NCBI RefSeq assembly: GCF_006345805.1 | Contig: NC_043001.1 | Span: 53,010,001-53,074,000 of the forward strand | Direction: 5' to 3' | Source of the DNA: Octopus sinensis | Taxonomy: Eukaryota | DNA: 64,000 nt | Part shown: piece by piece, positions 37,763-51,630 of the stretch | Layout of the letters: the number at the start of each line of letters is the position of its first letter | How positions within the stretch are numbered: position 1 is the stretch's first letter | Translations under genes and position numbers: made by a program | The notes under the pieces: generated by a model | Database searches by the model: none | Seen by the model: only the letters and a program-made list of their open reading frames with translations | What the model was told of the DNA's origin: nothing

Positions 37763-39688
37763 ACAAAGTTGCACCAACAATTATAAAATACATAGGACAC
37801 TCTATGAATAAATGGCAAACAGAGCTACAGCTCCAAACAAAAGAGGGACTTGTGAAGACCAAAGCCATCCCAATTAGAAGAGGAATATTCCAGGGAGATA
37901 CGCTCTCTCCACTCCTTTTCTGCTTGACACTGTCACCTCTATCGGATATGTTAAACAGAACTGGATGCGGATATAAATGTTACGGCAAAACGATCAGCCA
38001 CCTTTTATATATGGATGACCTATAACTATACGCTACAAATGACAAACAGCTGGAAACACTACTAAAGACAGTTCATGGATTTACCAAAGAAATAGATATG
38101 AAATTTGGATTAGAGAAATGCGCCAAAGTAACCCTGAAAAGAGGAAAACTAGTTAAGAGTAGCAACATCACACTAGATAAAACCAATGAAATAAAAGAAT
38201 TAGACCAAAGCCAAACTTACAAATACTTGGGAATCCATGAACTAGATAAGACACAACACACACAAATGAAAGAGAAAATAAAAAAAGAATATTATAGACG
38301 AGTTAGATCAATACTGAAAACAGAGCGCAATGCTAAAAACAAGATAATAGGTATCAACACTTTAGCCGTTCCAGTTATAAGTCACAGCTACAATATCCTT
38401 AACTGGACACTAAATGAACTGACCAAAATAGATAGGAAAACAAGAAAAATAATGACAGGATTTAGGAGGCATCACCCAAAATCTGACATAGAAAGGCTAT
38501 ATATACAACGTATGGTGGTAGAGACCTCATACAGCTGGAAAACTACTATAAAAATAACCACCATAGGACTGCAAAAATATCTACTTCAGAAGGAAGGAAA
38601 ACTGATACAAATAGCGGCAAAGCACGAGCAAAACAAAAAACTGTCCTCAGTATTTAAGGAAGCTGACAAATACAAACAAGAAATCATACCATCTAACAAA
38701 TATGAAGAAGAAGAAGAAGAAGAAGAAGAAGAAGAAGAAGAGAAGAAGAAGAAGAAGAAGAAGAAGAAGAAGAAGAAGAAGAAGATGAAGAAACAACGAA
38801 AGCTATAAAACAAATGAAATCCAAACTAAAAATAGAACAGCAACGAACCATGATAAAACGATGTTAAGAAAAGCCCCTTCATGGCAAATACTGGACTAAA
38901 CTAAAAGCAAAAGAAATAGACAAGGAAAAATCCCAACAATGGTTGAGAAGCTCAAGACAGAAGGATTTTTAATTGCAGCACAAGATTAAAGCCTCCCCAC
39001 CAGAAATTACCAAAAACATGTAATGAAAAGTAATATAACAACTGCAAAATATGTGGAGATGGACAAGAAACAATAAATCATATTATCTCTGGCTGCCCAG
39101 TCCTGGCTAAGAAGGAATATATTCACAGTTGGGATCTATATACACTGGAAACTATGCCAACATTATGGAATAACAACAGAAAAAAGATGGTATAGGCACA
39201 CACTAGAACATGTCACAGAAAACGAGAAAGCAACCATACTCTGGGATATGCCAATACACACAGATAGAGAAATTAAGGCCAACAGACCAGATATAGTTGC
39301 CAGAGATCATGAAGAAAAAAATGTTTTCTGATGTATCAATACCAGCAGATGACAACGTGTCTCTAAAAGACATGGAGAAACTTTCAAAATACAAAGACCT
39401 GGAAATAGAGGTAACCAGAATGTGGAATCTAAAAGCAGAAACAATTCCTATCATAATAGCTGCATTAGGCAAGATAAAAAGAAATATTCAGACAAATACA
39501 TAACAAAAACACCAGGACTTACAAACACATATAACATACAGAAATTGCACTACTAGGCACTACACACATCCTACGCAGAACACTTTCCATACAATAACCA
39601 TCAGAACATCACAAGTCAGAGCACATACCCAAGGCACACAGAGCTGTGCTTGGTATTGAAGTGAAAGCACGATATACAAAATATACTA

Positions 39689-39691
<3 letters not shown>
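37761..39691 (+). mobile_element. R4/Dong-clade LINE, 5'-truncated, inserted in (AAT)n
   Basis: RRGIFQGDTLSP, YMDD (38008-38019), KFGLEKCA, YKYLG, CCHC knuckle (CKICGDGQETINHIISGC), RLE motifs RPD...DVSIP...KYKDL; (AAT)n on both sides; internal (GAA)n expansion at 38703-38786. Confidence 0.9.
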
Positions 39692-39741
<50 letters not shown>

Positions 39742-39847
39742 ATCATCATCATCATCATTATCATTATCCGTAATGTATAGTAGTAAATATCCATCACGGC
39801 TCGTCTTAAAAATCGGTCTCGCGTGTAGAATATAGCGTTAGGTATCA

Positions 39848-39888
<41 letters not shown>

Positions 39889-39915
39889 CATTATTATTAT
39901 TATTATCATTATCAT

Positions 39916-40725
39916 TCAGTTGTTTTATTTTTATAACGTGCTTTCACTTCACTACCGAGCGCAACTCTGAAAACCTTGGGTATGTGCTGTGATTTGTTGT
40001 TATGATCTGATGGTTACTGTATTGAAAGTGTTCTGCGTAGGATGTGTGCAGTGCCTAGTAGTGCAATTTTCTGTATGTTATATGTGTTTGTAAGTCCTGG
40101 TATTTTTGTTATGTATTTGTCTGAATATGTTTTTTATCATGCCTAATGCACCTACTATGATTGTTTCTGTTTTTAGATTCCACATTCTAGTTACCTCAAT
40201 TTCCAGGTCTTTGTATTTTGATAGTTTCTCCATTTCTTTTAGAGACACGTTGTCATCTGCTGGTATTGATACATCAATTAGAAAGCATCAATTAGAAAAC
40301 TATATCTGGTCTGTTGGCCTTAATTTCTCTATCTGTGTGTATTGGCATATCCCAGAGTGTGGTTGCTTTCTCGTTTTCTGTGACATTTTATGGTGTGTGC
40401 CTATACCATCTTTTTCTGTTGTTATTCCATAATGTGCCTATACCATCTTTTTTCTGTTTTTATTCCATAATGCTGGCATAGCTTCCAACTCTGTCTTGTC
40501 TGTGAATATATTTCCTCTTAGCCAGGACTGGGCAACCAGAGATAATAGGATTTATTGTTTCTTGTCCATCTCCACATATTCTGCAGCTACTTGTTATATA
40601 TTTTTTTCCTTACATGTTTTAGGTAATTTCTGGTGGGGAGGATTTGGTCTTGTGCTGCAATTAAAAAATCCCTCTATCTCTGCTTTGAGTCCTGAGCTTG
40701 CTGGGATTTTTCTTTGTCTTGGTTG
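39916..40725 (-). mobile_element. R4/Dong-clade LINE 3' fragment in (ATT)n
   Basis: Reverse-complement homolog of about 38900-39690; (ATT)n on both sides. Confidence 0.85.
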
Positions 40726-40743
40726 AGAAAAAAAATAGTATTA

Positions 40744-40824
<81 letters not shown>

Positions 40825-41395
40825 TTATTGAGTGATATATATACGCAAAACATTCAAACATTGAGATTTGAAATCACTACTGTTCATATCATCTGTGGAT
40901 AAATTTTAAAATTGATATCACCAGCAGTGACATAGGTCGATCGCAGGCTCAATAGTATTAAGTAGCTATGAATGATAAACTTGTACGAAGCGTTAGGATA
41001 CTTAACACGCATCTAACTGCTAGAAATAAGAGCTAATGTACTGCACCAAGATAACAGAGAAAAAGAGTATGCGAGGAAAACAGAAATTATTGAAACATTG
41101 ATCAGCACAAATAAAAATATTATGCAATCAAGTATATCCACATACCAGGTTTCGGTTCCCGAGTATTTAAACTCTGAGCCTCGTCCGTGTGGCCTACCGG
41201 GTCATAATCCATAAATGTCACACGTTAAGCTCTGACCGTGCAAGTGGTTTTGTTTTGCGCCAAAAACAGAGCACATGGTGCATAAAATTTTATACGCAAA
41301 ACATTCAAACACTTAGATTGAAATCAGATGTCACCAGGGTTCATATCATCTGTGGAAAAAAAAATATATATGTGTATATATATGTATATACAAAT

Positions 41396-41560
41396 ACAGG
41401 CTCAGACGTAGCTCTTCAGTAAGAAATTGCTTCTCAGCCACATAGTTCCAGGTTCTGTGCTGCTGCGTGACACCTGGGGGAAGTATATTCTACTACACTC
41501 TCGGACCGACCATAGTTTTGTGAGTTAGATTTGTTAGACTGAAACTGAAATACGCTCGTC

Positions 41561-41644
<84 letters not shown>

Positions 41645-41880
41645 GTATATGTATGCATATATTTACGTGTGTGTCTTTGTGTATGTGTGTTTGTGTCCCT
41701 TCCCCCACAATTGATTGACAACTGATGTTTGTGTGTTTATGTTCCCTTCATTAACGGTTTGGCAAAAGAGAGTGAGTGATAGAATAAGTATAAGCTTACA
41801 AGGACTAAGCTCTGGTGTCATTTGCATCGATGAAATCTTTAAGGGCATGGTCCCGCACGGCTGCAGTCAGAATATATACA
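41396..41880 (+). mobile_element. Near full-length SINE with internal (TA)n
   Basis: tRNA-like head, central microsatellite, conserved tail shared with 1-290. Confidence 0.7.
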
Positions 41881-41908
41881 CACATAAATACAGACATACA
41901 AACACACA

Positions 41909-41959
<51 letters not shown>

Positions 41960-43264
41960 ATTTTGAAAATGTAACCACATGTGAATCGTTGGCGATTTTC
42001 TTAATCGTCTTCCTTTCTACTGGATTTACCTCTGTTTCTGGAGAAGAATGTTGCTCAAAACGAACATACGAATAAATATATACGAATATACATGCACCAA
42101 TCCATACAAACAGAGATCGTTACATTTTTACCGTACCTTCAAATTTTCGCAACTCCCAGCTGTTGGTCAGTGATCTCTGGTTTTCCAGCATAAATGGGAA
42201 TTACTGAGGTAGAAAAACAATTAGTAAAGAGGTTTAACTGAAAGAATACTGAAATATGGAGGGTATCTTGTTTACATATGAAACACATGGCTAAAACCAT
42301 AATATGATAGAATTCTGCATTGGTAGTGTATGAGTCTAAAGGTATTCGAAATAACGACAACCATTTGAAAAATATCATGGAAAATTTAATCATAAAATGC
42401 CGAAAGTGAATACAAGTCAAGTTTAAGCGTCAATGTATAAAAGAGGAAGATTATGTTGTAAAAGATTTGAGTTTTAACCTTCACTAAATATTATTGCAAT
42501 TTTATTGAACCATCAAAATCTATAAGCTGAATGAATGCAATATAAACAAAAGTGACGTGATCGGAAATAACAAAATGTGTGAAGAGAAAGGAAGACACCT
42601 GTGAAAATAATGAATATTATAAATGGAAAGACGGAGATAAAATCAGAGAACAAAGGAAGGCGAGAAATAAGTAATAAAAGAAAAAGAAACAGAAACATAG
42701 ACGTGACTTATAAATAATAAAACAAATAAATATATAAATGAATGTCGTTTTAACGGTAGGACTCGAAGTTGATGTAGTTGTAAACAGTATGTTGAGTTTT
42801 TAGTTAAAAACAAAAGCCTTGTATAAGGGGTAAAAATGACCAAGTTTGCCCGACTATTTATTTAATACCTCTCAATGTTTCGATAATATGAATAAATTAT
42901 TATTTTAATGTAAACAGAAAAAAACATACGTATTTTTCATTCTTCAAGCATTGTTCGAAAGTCGGTGTCTATGATTTTCAACATTAAATCGGCTTTAATA
43001 AATGTAATTTAATAATCTTTTCTTATTTTGAATCAAGGTCGGCATTGACTCAAGGTCTGTTTAATGGACGAATTACTCAATCATATTGACCCCAACTTTT
43101 ATCTGATACACTGGAAATATCAAAGACAAAGTAGATTTTGGCTTCAAAATTTGAATTAAGTACGTAAAGATGGACAAAATGCGTAGCAGCATTTTGTTCG
43201 GCGTACTAAGAACTCTGTCAACTCGCCAACTATAGATATAATATAACATCGGTTTCAAATTGTA

Positions 43265-43660
43265 GCACAATGACAGCAATTTGGGGATGCATGTAAGTCG
43301 ATTACGTAGACCCCCCAGTGATCAGCTGGTCCTTATTTTAACACCCTCACAGGATGAAAGGCAAAACAGCGTTGGGGCAATTGGAACTCAAAAAGTACAG
43401 ACGGACAAAAGACTGCGAAACCTTTTGCCCGGCATGTTAACGATTCTGCCACCTGACCGTTCTAAATGTAACATGATATCGGCTTCAAATTTGGTCGAAA
43501 CGAAAGTAATTTCAGGGAAGGGAGTAAGTCGATTGTTTTATCGACTTTGGAATGTTGAAAGACAATGTCAACCACAGTAGAATTTGAACTCAGAACGCAA
43601 ACATGGACGAAATGCAGCAAAGTTTCTTGTCCGATGTGCTAATGATTCTTCTGCCAGTTC
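43265..43660 (-). mobile_element. Two decayed tRNA-headed SINE copies
   Basis: Homology to the 11212 family. Confidence 0.6.
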
Positions 43661-45499
43661 ACCATCTTGGACAAAGATAATGTGACTACTAGTACAACAA
43701 GACTTTGTATTGGTAACGATAGAAAGAAATATTGTAGACAGAGAAGCACACATCTAAAAAGTATCCACTTAATCTCTTTAGTAATGTTAAATTGCGCAAA
43801 TCATAAATCAGACTCCAAACTCCTGAATAGTTACGCTAATTCAGGTTATGTATAGATTTCATAGGATGAGACTGAATATCTTTACAACTCAGATAAAACC
43901 ACTTATTTATCCAAGAGAATCACTAGAATCTATAAATAATGCACAACGCCAACTATTGCGTAATTATCGTAAAGCGAAATATATTACTATCACTAATTAG
44001 ATAAGAATTAGATAAGAGTGGAATTTCTAGAACCCAACCCTGATTAACTTATTTGGAATCATTCAGATATTTTTTCTAGTATCTCTGAATATATGAATTC
44101 ATATCAATCAAACAGAATAGATGTGTATGTGTTTGGTTTGACCATTGACTGCATGATTGTTAGACATAGAAAAGCTTGACACATTCCTCTTTCCAGTAAT
44201 AGCTTCTCAACATTAGATTGGTTACGAAATAGATATTATTAAAAGTAATACTGGAAAATTGTCATTTAGCTAACACAGATTCAGTCGTGATGCACTCAGG
44301 TATTAACAATTTTGGGATAGAAACATTTTTTTACACAAATGATACTTAGTAAAGACGGAATTGTCCAGATGTGGCCTCGTGCGTTTTCAATGAGGCTTAG
44401 GTGTGAGCAACGCTTTTTTAATAAATATTTGTTACACAAACGAAATCCTAAATGGTGGATGAAATTCAACATGTTGAATATTTTTATTTAAGATACACAC
44501 ACGAACGATTATTATATTGTCGTCGTTATGTATTGTACGTTTCAGCTCATTGAATTTAGCGCACTAGCGTATTCCTCCATCAAGCACAAATTCTCCCATC
44601 CAATGAAATCCTCTAACGTTACTTCGTACTTACAAACTACCTTAATATGTTCGCCAAGAAGTCTGGAGGTGGTTTGCCACTGACTTCCTTAATTGTATGT
44701 CCGTTTACCTGAAATGTGATTGTCCATTCATCGACAAGTCTTGTTTTCAATCCTATTAGGTGTCTCGTCACTCTGCCCCCCAAAATTTCTAGCTACTGAA
44801 TTGTGAGGAGGGGCAGTTTTTCACCGACCACTCAACCATATATATAGCTAGTCCTCGTTCACGTGGCACTAGTACAGGTCTCATCAGTCTGTGTTGAGAT
44901 CCCGAAAGACTTAAAGGATAGAAGTAAATTTTTTAACTATTTTGGTTAAAAACAATGCAGTCCATTGTCGTCTTAAACAGCACACCAAATTGAGACCGTA
45001 TACATTCATAAGACAAATAAAATGTTATATAAATAATTTTAACTATGCATTGATGAAATTGAAATCCAGATAGTAACAAGCATAGATAAACTTTAAGGAG
45101 GGCGTCGCTTTTATAAAGATCGCATTAAACAATTAAAGTCAGTAGATTATTAGGCGGAATGGTGTGCAAATCCAAATCTTTTACTTGTCGAGGAAATCTG
45201 TACAGATAAAAAAATTCTGTGGCATAAATAATTCATTAGGTTGAATATCCGACCAAATATTAACAAGAGTTTTAATTTTTTTCTGGAATCATTTTATTCG
45301 CACGCATATAATTTTTACAGCCAAAATAGAAACGAATGATTATTCTAAACAAAATATAATATAACAACTTACAATTAAATCATTTGACATGACATTCGTC
45401 CAGACAACTCGGATAGAAAGTATTCGAAAGGCTTTTTCGGATAGAATCGAATTAAACCCAGTGATAGTGCTTTTAATATTTCTTGGTCTGTTCCGAGGC

Positions 45500-45680
45500 T
45501 ACGAGCTAGCAGAATCGTTAGCATGCCGGGTACACTGTTTGGCGGCATTGCGTCTGCCTCTCAGTTCAAATTACACCGAGGTAGACTTTGCCTTTCATTA
45601 TTTTGGAGTCTATAAAACAAATCCAGTTAAGCACTGGTGTCGATGAAATCGACTATTCCCATACGCCAAAATTTTAGAAT
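45500..45680 (+). mobile_element. tRNA-headed SINE
   Basis: gagctagcagaatcgttagcatgccgg...tcagttcaaattacaccgaggtagactttgcctttcat. Confidence 0.7.
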
Positions 45681-47421
45681 ATACAGTTATAGTAGAGAGT
45701 AATATATCCTGGTCTGTTTCGAATAATCTGCTGGCTTATTGAAATAATTTTAATTGTCATCATTTAACTGCAAAAATATAACTGTCTTTGCTAGATAATA
45801 ATTGTTCGAATACAATGTCTATTTTACATTGTACTCATTTGTCAAAAACAAAACTTTTTATCCAGAAGTTACATATCAACAGCATCTGGTAAAAGTAACT
45901 TGTACAATTTTTAAATATTTTCTATTTTTTAAATCATTCCTCACTCTTTTAATTATACATTTCCTTTGATTTCTTTTGACTTGTCCTTTTCTTTATATTC
46001 AAATGTTTTTGTTCTCTTATTCCATCACTTTCTGTCATTTCTTTACTGTCGTTCAATTTTCGTTGTTTGCGAATTTCATATTTATTTTAGTTATGTCTTT
46101 CCACCTTCATTTTCTTCAGTCTTTGTGCTTTAGCCATTCATTTTATTTTATTTTCATTTTTTTTTTTGTATCCTGCATTCGTCTTTTCTTCCTTTCGTTG
46201 CCTTCTTCCACTCATTTCAAACAGTACTTTTTGTGAATCAAATGAAATACCATATTATTCTGAGGCAGTTAAAAATTAAAATTTTCTCACCTTTTTCATG
46301 TTTTATTACTGAAATTTAAACTTAATCACTTTGTTTCTTTTTATCCTTTTCCACACTTGATAATGATATTTTTAGAATATAGTATTCGATTTTGTCTGAC
46401 ACACTACTGAAGATTTTTTTCCCGTCTCGACATCACCTGTAACCTGCTTTCATGTAACTCTATCGGATTATAATATTTATATATAATTTGTTATTTGTAA
46501 GACAAAGTATTTAATATTTTATGCAATCACATACAGAGGTACACATACATACATATACATATCATGTATAGGGAACGATTGAACGATTGAAATTAAGTGT
46601 TAATTATACCGGTGTCAGAGAATATTTAAGTAAAGTACGCACTACGTTTCTCAATGGAATAAATAGGAATATAAACAAATAATACATACTGTTCTATTTG
46701 GTTCAATCATTAACCAGCGATTAGGAGTTGAACACCACTTTAAGTTGTTATAATTGATAAAATTGACATCTGGTAATTATTTATCGGTTTCTATTTGGTT
46801 TAAGCTTCAGATTGGATATCGTAATGTAAAGAAATGCTAGCAAGGAAAGGGAAAACATGATAATTCAAAGGCGCTATATGAAGAAAATATTGCAAAAAGT
46901 AACAGCATTTCACCACCAAGCTCTTGAATAACAATTTTCCAAATATTTAAAGATATGAGGGTTGGGATGGTCGTTGAAAAAGTATGTCGTGTCCCGGCCG
47001 GGTGATTTAAGCTAGAGTACCTTAGTGAGCAGTGCATTTGTTGAACGTAGGTGTTTTCAAGAACTTTAAAATCTGCCAAACGAGCAGACCGCTTAACACG
47101 CTCATAAACACCAAGAAATGCATATAAGTCTATATATGTGTACGCGTATGTGAGTGTGAACGTGTTTGAATGTGTGTGTTTGTGTATGTATGTATGTGCG
47201 TCTACCTGTGAGTGTGTTTCTGGATATGTGTGTCTGTTTGTGTGTATGTGCGTGTGTGTTTGTGTGCGGGCGTACGGGTTATAAGCGAAAATATGTAACT
47301 ACACTCATATTGTGATCTGAGTACTATATGTTTAGATCAACTTGCTTAGTCTTTATTGTGCCGGTACTTTGTCAGCTTCCTAGCGTGTAGAAGTGTATAT
47401 ATATATATATATTATATATAT

Positions 47422-47457
<36 letters not shown>

Positions 47458-47459
<2 letters not shown>

Positions 47460-47855
47460 CTAGCAGTATCGCCCGGCGTTGTTCGGGTTTGTAAGGGAAA
47501 TAATTATATAAGCATTTTTAGAGATGTAAAGTATAATAGCCATCTCAATATGGCTAACCACAAAGGGGGAGGGGTGTTACTGTAGCTTTTTACGTTCTGA
47601 GATTTAATAATAAATTTTAGAGAGTTACTTCCCTTATATATGTCAAAAATGGATTAAAAATGGGAAAAATTGATGGTAAATTTTATTTTAAATCGTAGAC
47701 TCATCGTAGACGCGCGCTAATACCCAGACGGTCTCGATATGAATCACGACTATAATATACCCGGTTTTGGTTAAACTGCACCTCAAAATGTGGGAGTAGT
47801 TAGGAATCTAAATCGTAGGAGACAGACACACAACCTCACCTTTATATATAAAGAT
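47458..47855 (+). mobile_element. Non-autonomous Helitron/Helentron-like element in (TA)n
   Basis: Starts tactagcagtatcgcccggcgttgttcggg and ends ctttatatataaagat, termini resembling DINE/Lep1-type elements. Confidence 0.55.
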
Positions 47856-47921
47856 TTCCTCTATTTACATAATATTGAGGTCTCTTTCTTTCTTTTGTTA
47901 TCTTACTGTTTTTACCAATAT

Positions 47922-47968
<47 letters not shown>

Positions 47969-48041
47969 ATATATATAGTTACAGAGATGTACTTGCATAG
48001 CAAGTGACTTGATCTGAGATCGTGTGCTGGAACGAAAACAG

Positions 48042-48300
48042 TTGCAGCGTTGAAGGTGTTTATAAGCCATTTAAGAAACACACAAAAACCGTTAGATTCA
48101 CTTCAACATTTAAATTTAATTTGTCAAAATATTTTCGTCGCTTTGAAACCGCGACCTGTTAGCACGATATTTTTGTCAGTGAACAGGTCGCGGTCTCAAA
48201 GCGAGGAAAATATTTTGGCAAATTAAATTTAAATGTTGAAGTGAATCTAACGGTTTTTGTGTGTTTCTTAAATGGCTTACAAACTCCTTCCACGCTGCAA
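48042..48300. repeat. Fold-back inverted repeat (119-bp arms, 21-nt spacer) in a (TA)n-flanked insert
   Basis: 48042-48160 is the reverse complement of 48182-48300. Confidence 0.9.
48172..48222 (+). ncRNA. Type I hammerhead-like motif with swapped G3-C8 core
   Basis: UUUGUCA GUGAACA G GUCGC GGUCUCAAA GCGAG GAAA AUAU UU UGGCAAA; the opposite arm gives GCGAC and UGACAAA. Confidence 0.7.
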
Positions 48301-48344
48301 TATATATATACACACATATATATATATATGTATGTATGTGTGTA

Positions 48345-48590
48345 TATGTGTATGCATGTATGTGTGTGTGTGTGCGTGTCTGTGCTTGTGATTGTCCTCC
48401 GCCACTGCTTGACAACGAATGTTGGTTTGTTTACATCCCTGTCACCTAGTGGTTTGACAAAGGAAACAGATAGAATAAGTACAATGCTTACAAAAATAAA
48501 ACTGGAGTTGATTCATTAAACTACAATTCTTCAAGGCATTGCCCCAGCATGGCCACAGACCAATGGCTGGAAAAAGCAGAAGAATAAAAG
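48345..48590 (+). mobile_element. SINE 3' half
   Basis: gcttgacaac...gtttacatccc...gaataagtac...gccccagcatggccacag. Confidence 0.65.
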
Positions 48591-48660
48591 AATACATTCT
48601 CTGCTTTGGTCTTATGTTCAAGGCATGTGAAAGCTTGAGTTTACATGAGAAGGCCTAACA

Positions 48661-48935
48661 GACCTGGTAGAAACAGCAGCCAAATCTCCCTCAAGTCACA
48701 CCTTACTGTCTTATGTATGTATATATATATGAGCCAATGAGGGGGACCTCTACATGGTAGCTAGACCTGGTAGAAATAGCAGCCAAATTTCCCCCAAATC
48801 ACACCTTACTGTCTTATCTATGTATATATGTATGTATGAGCCTATGAGGGAGACCCCTACATGGCAGCTAGACATGGTAGAAATAGCAGCCAAATCTCCC
48901 TCAAATCACACCTTACTGTCTTATGTATGTATATA
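48661..48935 (+). repeat. Tandem repeat, ~105-bp unit x2.6
   Basis: gacctggtagaaa(c/t)agcagccaaat...tcacaccttactgtcttat occurs three times. Confidence 0.85.
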
Positions 48936-49477
48936 TATATATATATACAAGCCACTACGGTTATTTAATGTAAAGTCTTCCTCAAATCACTCTCGCTATT
49001 TACTCTCTTCCAAGAACATTTTCACTCACTCTTATCTCTTAGCTTCCCATACATTTTACTCATGTATCTATCAGCGTCATAGACAGAAACAAATATTACA
49101 TCGCCACCGCATTCTATTTTCTACCTGTCAACACACAGTGAATTAGTTTCACCTTATTCGTTGCACACTGTGTGTGTGCGTTTGCGTGTGCTGTAAACCA
49201 GACTAAGAAAAGCATTTGACATACACACCAGAATGTGAGTTTTCTGTAAATTTTGCTTAATTGGAGTTTAAATTTTAAAAACTGGACCTGGCATGACCCG
49301 ATGCATTCTACTCTTAAAAATGCTAGGTAAATTGTAATTGAAGAAATCCTATATTGTAGATTTCTATAAGTGGCAAAGGGAGGCAGATAAAATCTGCCTT
49401 TTATAATAAGATATATATATATATATATATATATGCATACATATACATGTATGTATACATACATACACACACATACA

Positions 49478-49586
<109 letters not shown>

Positions 49587-49682
49587 TGTGGGGAGATAGA
49601 AGGCCAGGTAGATATATATGTCCACATATATGTATTTATGTATATCTATATACACATTCATACATATATTTGAAATATATAA

Positions 49683-50870
49683 TCTGATCAATAGGTATCT
49701 GTTGCCATATTAATGAAGGTAAAGCATGCAAAGTAAAGCCGCTTGCCAAAGATCGACATTGAAATCTATGCATGTGCAGTAAGTTTTAGTGTTATAGCTC
49801 CCCTCTGCTGTTGACAGCAGTACTTGGGAGGAACGTTTGTAGCATGTGATCATAGCATTGAGTATGACAGAAAAATTTGAAAAGAGAAAATTTTGCCAAA
49901 CGCTGGGTGACACCCACTCAGTGAGTACGCAATAATCCAGAAAATGTATGGAGACGAGTGTATGAGCCACACACAAGTGTACGAGTCGTTTAAACGTTAC
50001 CGAGATGGTCGAAAAGTGTCGATTGTACGTTCTGGAAGACCCGCAACCAGCAGAACTCCGAAAATCATCGGAGATATGCGTGCAGCTGTAGGGGGAAATC
50101 ATCGAATCAACATCCATGAATTATCAGAGGTTGTGCAGATTAGTTACGGTTACAGTTCCGTTCCGTCCATTATCATTGAAGATTTGAGTAAGAGACGCAT
50201 GTCTGTTCAAATTTGTGCCAAACTGCTTTCAGCTAATCAAAATGACATTCGTGCTTCAGTTGCACAAAATCTCCTTAATTGTATGGAGAAGGATGAAGAC
50301 GTTTTTTAAAATGGTCATACCGGGTGATGAATTGTGGGTCTATGGCTATGGCACCGAAATAAAAGCTCAGACGAAACAGTGTGAAAACACTGTTGACTGT
50401 TTTCTTCGACTACAAGGGGATTGTTCATCATGAGTATCTCCACCTCATCAGACAGTAAACAGCGTTTGCGGGATGCTATTTGTCGGAAAAGTCTTCAATT
50501 GCATGCGTCCGGTGAGTGGAAATTGCATCATGACAACGCATCTTCCAATTCAGCAGTTTTTGGCTAGGCAGAGCTTTCCCCAGTTCTGACAGCCACCATA
50601 TTCCCCTGATCTCGCCCCTAGCGACATTTTCCTCTCTCCAAATGTCAAATTCTACTTGAAAAGATAAGTTTTCAAGACGTCGAGGAAATCAAAACAGAAT
50701 GCGACGAGGCAGATGCTGATTATTCCAGAAAACGAGTTTCAGGAATGCTTCCATCAATGGAAAACGTGGTGGATTAAGTGTGCGGACTACTTTGAAGGAG
50801 ATTAAATGAGCAATTGTTACGTGCTGTAATTTTGTTTTTATAGCACCTGTCCGGATATTTATTGATCAGA
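49683..50870 (+). mobile_element. Mariner-type DNA transposon, decayed, with ~20-bp TIRs
   Basis: TIR tctgatcaat / attgatcaga; MSHTQVYESFKRY, RSGRP, PGDELWVYGY, LHHDNA, PPYSPDLAPSD. Confidence 0.9.
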
Positions 50871-51351
50871 GCGCGCAATTAGTGTCTTCTGTCATTAATT
50901 ATTTGAATTCTTCCTGTAAGAAAGAAATCTGAATCCTAATAAAGAAATAAATCTCAGTCGCTGAAATGTAGATAAAAAAGACACTATCACATACCGAATT
51001 TGAAAAAGAAAAAAAAAGATTCCCTTCCTGTTTAAGGATTGTATGCGTTAATGTGTGTATTAGGTAGGCAATTCATTTTTCTGAAGACCTTAGCTTTTCG
51101 AAGTTAACATATGTCACTATTATGTCGACAATGATAACAGAATTTGAAACATAATTTAACTGAACATAAACAATTAAATGACTAAATATATTAGATTTAT
51201 GAGTAATTTCAGTGTATTGACAGGATTCAAATTCTGATTTCATGACTCATTCAAATTTAATTATTAGGATATTGTAGAATTCCGTGAGACTCCTACTAGA
51301 ATCAGTGACTACACACACACACATGCAGACACACACGTACACACAATATTA

Positions 51352-51630
51352 GGCGCAAGTGTCTTCTACTATATATAGATCTGGTAAATGGAAACTGAAA
51401 GAAGACATTTGTATATATATATATATGTATATGTGGGGGAAGGGGATTCCACCCATTACCACGGGTGTATTTACGTCCCCGTAACTTAGCATATCGGCAA
51501 AACAGAGTGATATAATAAGTACCGGCTTAAAAAGAAAAAATAACAGCTGGGTTGGATTTATTAGACTAAAAATTCTTGAAGTCGGTGCCCTAGCATGACC
51601 ACAGTTAATAACTGTAACAAGTAATAAGAT
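51352..51630 (+). mobile_element. SINE, internally deleted
   Basis: gcaagtgtcttctactata...gaaactgaaagaag...tttacgtccccgtaacttagc...gtgccctagcatgacc. Confidence 0.7.
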
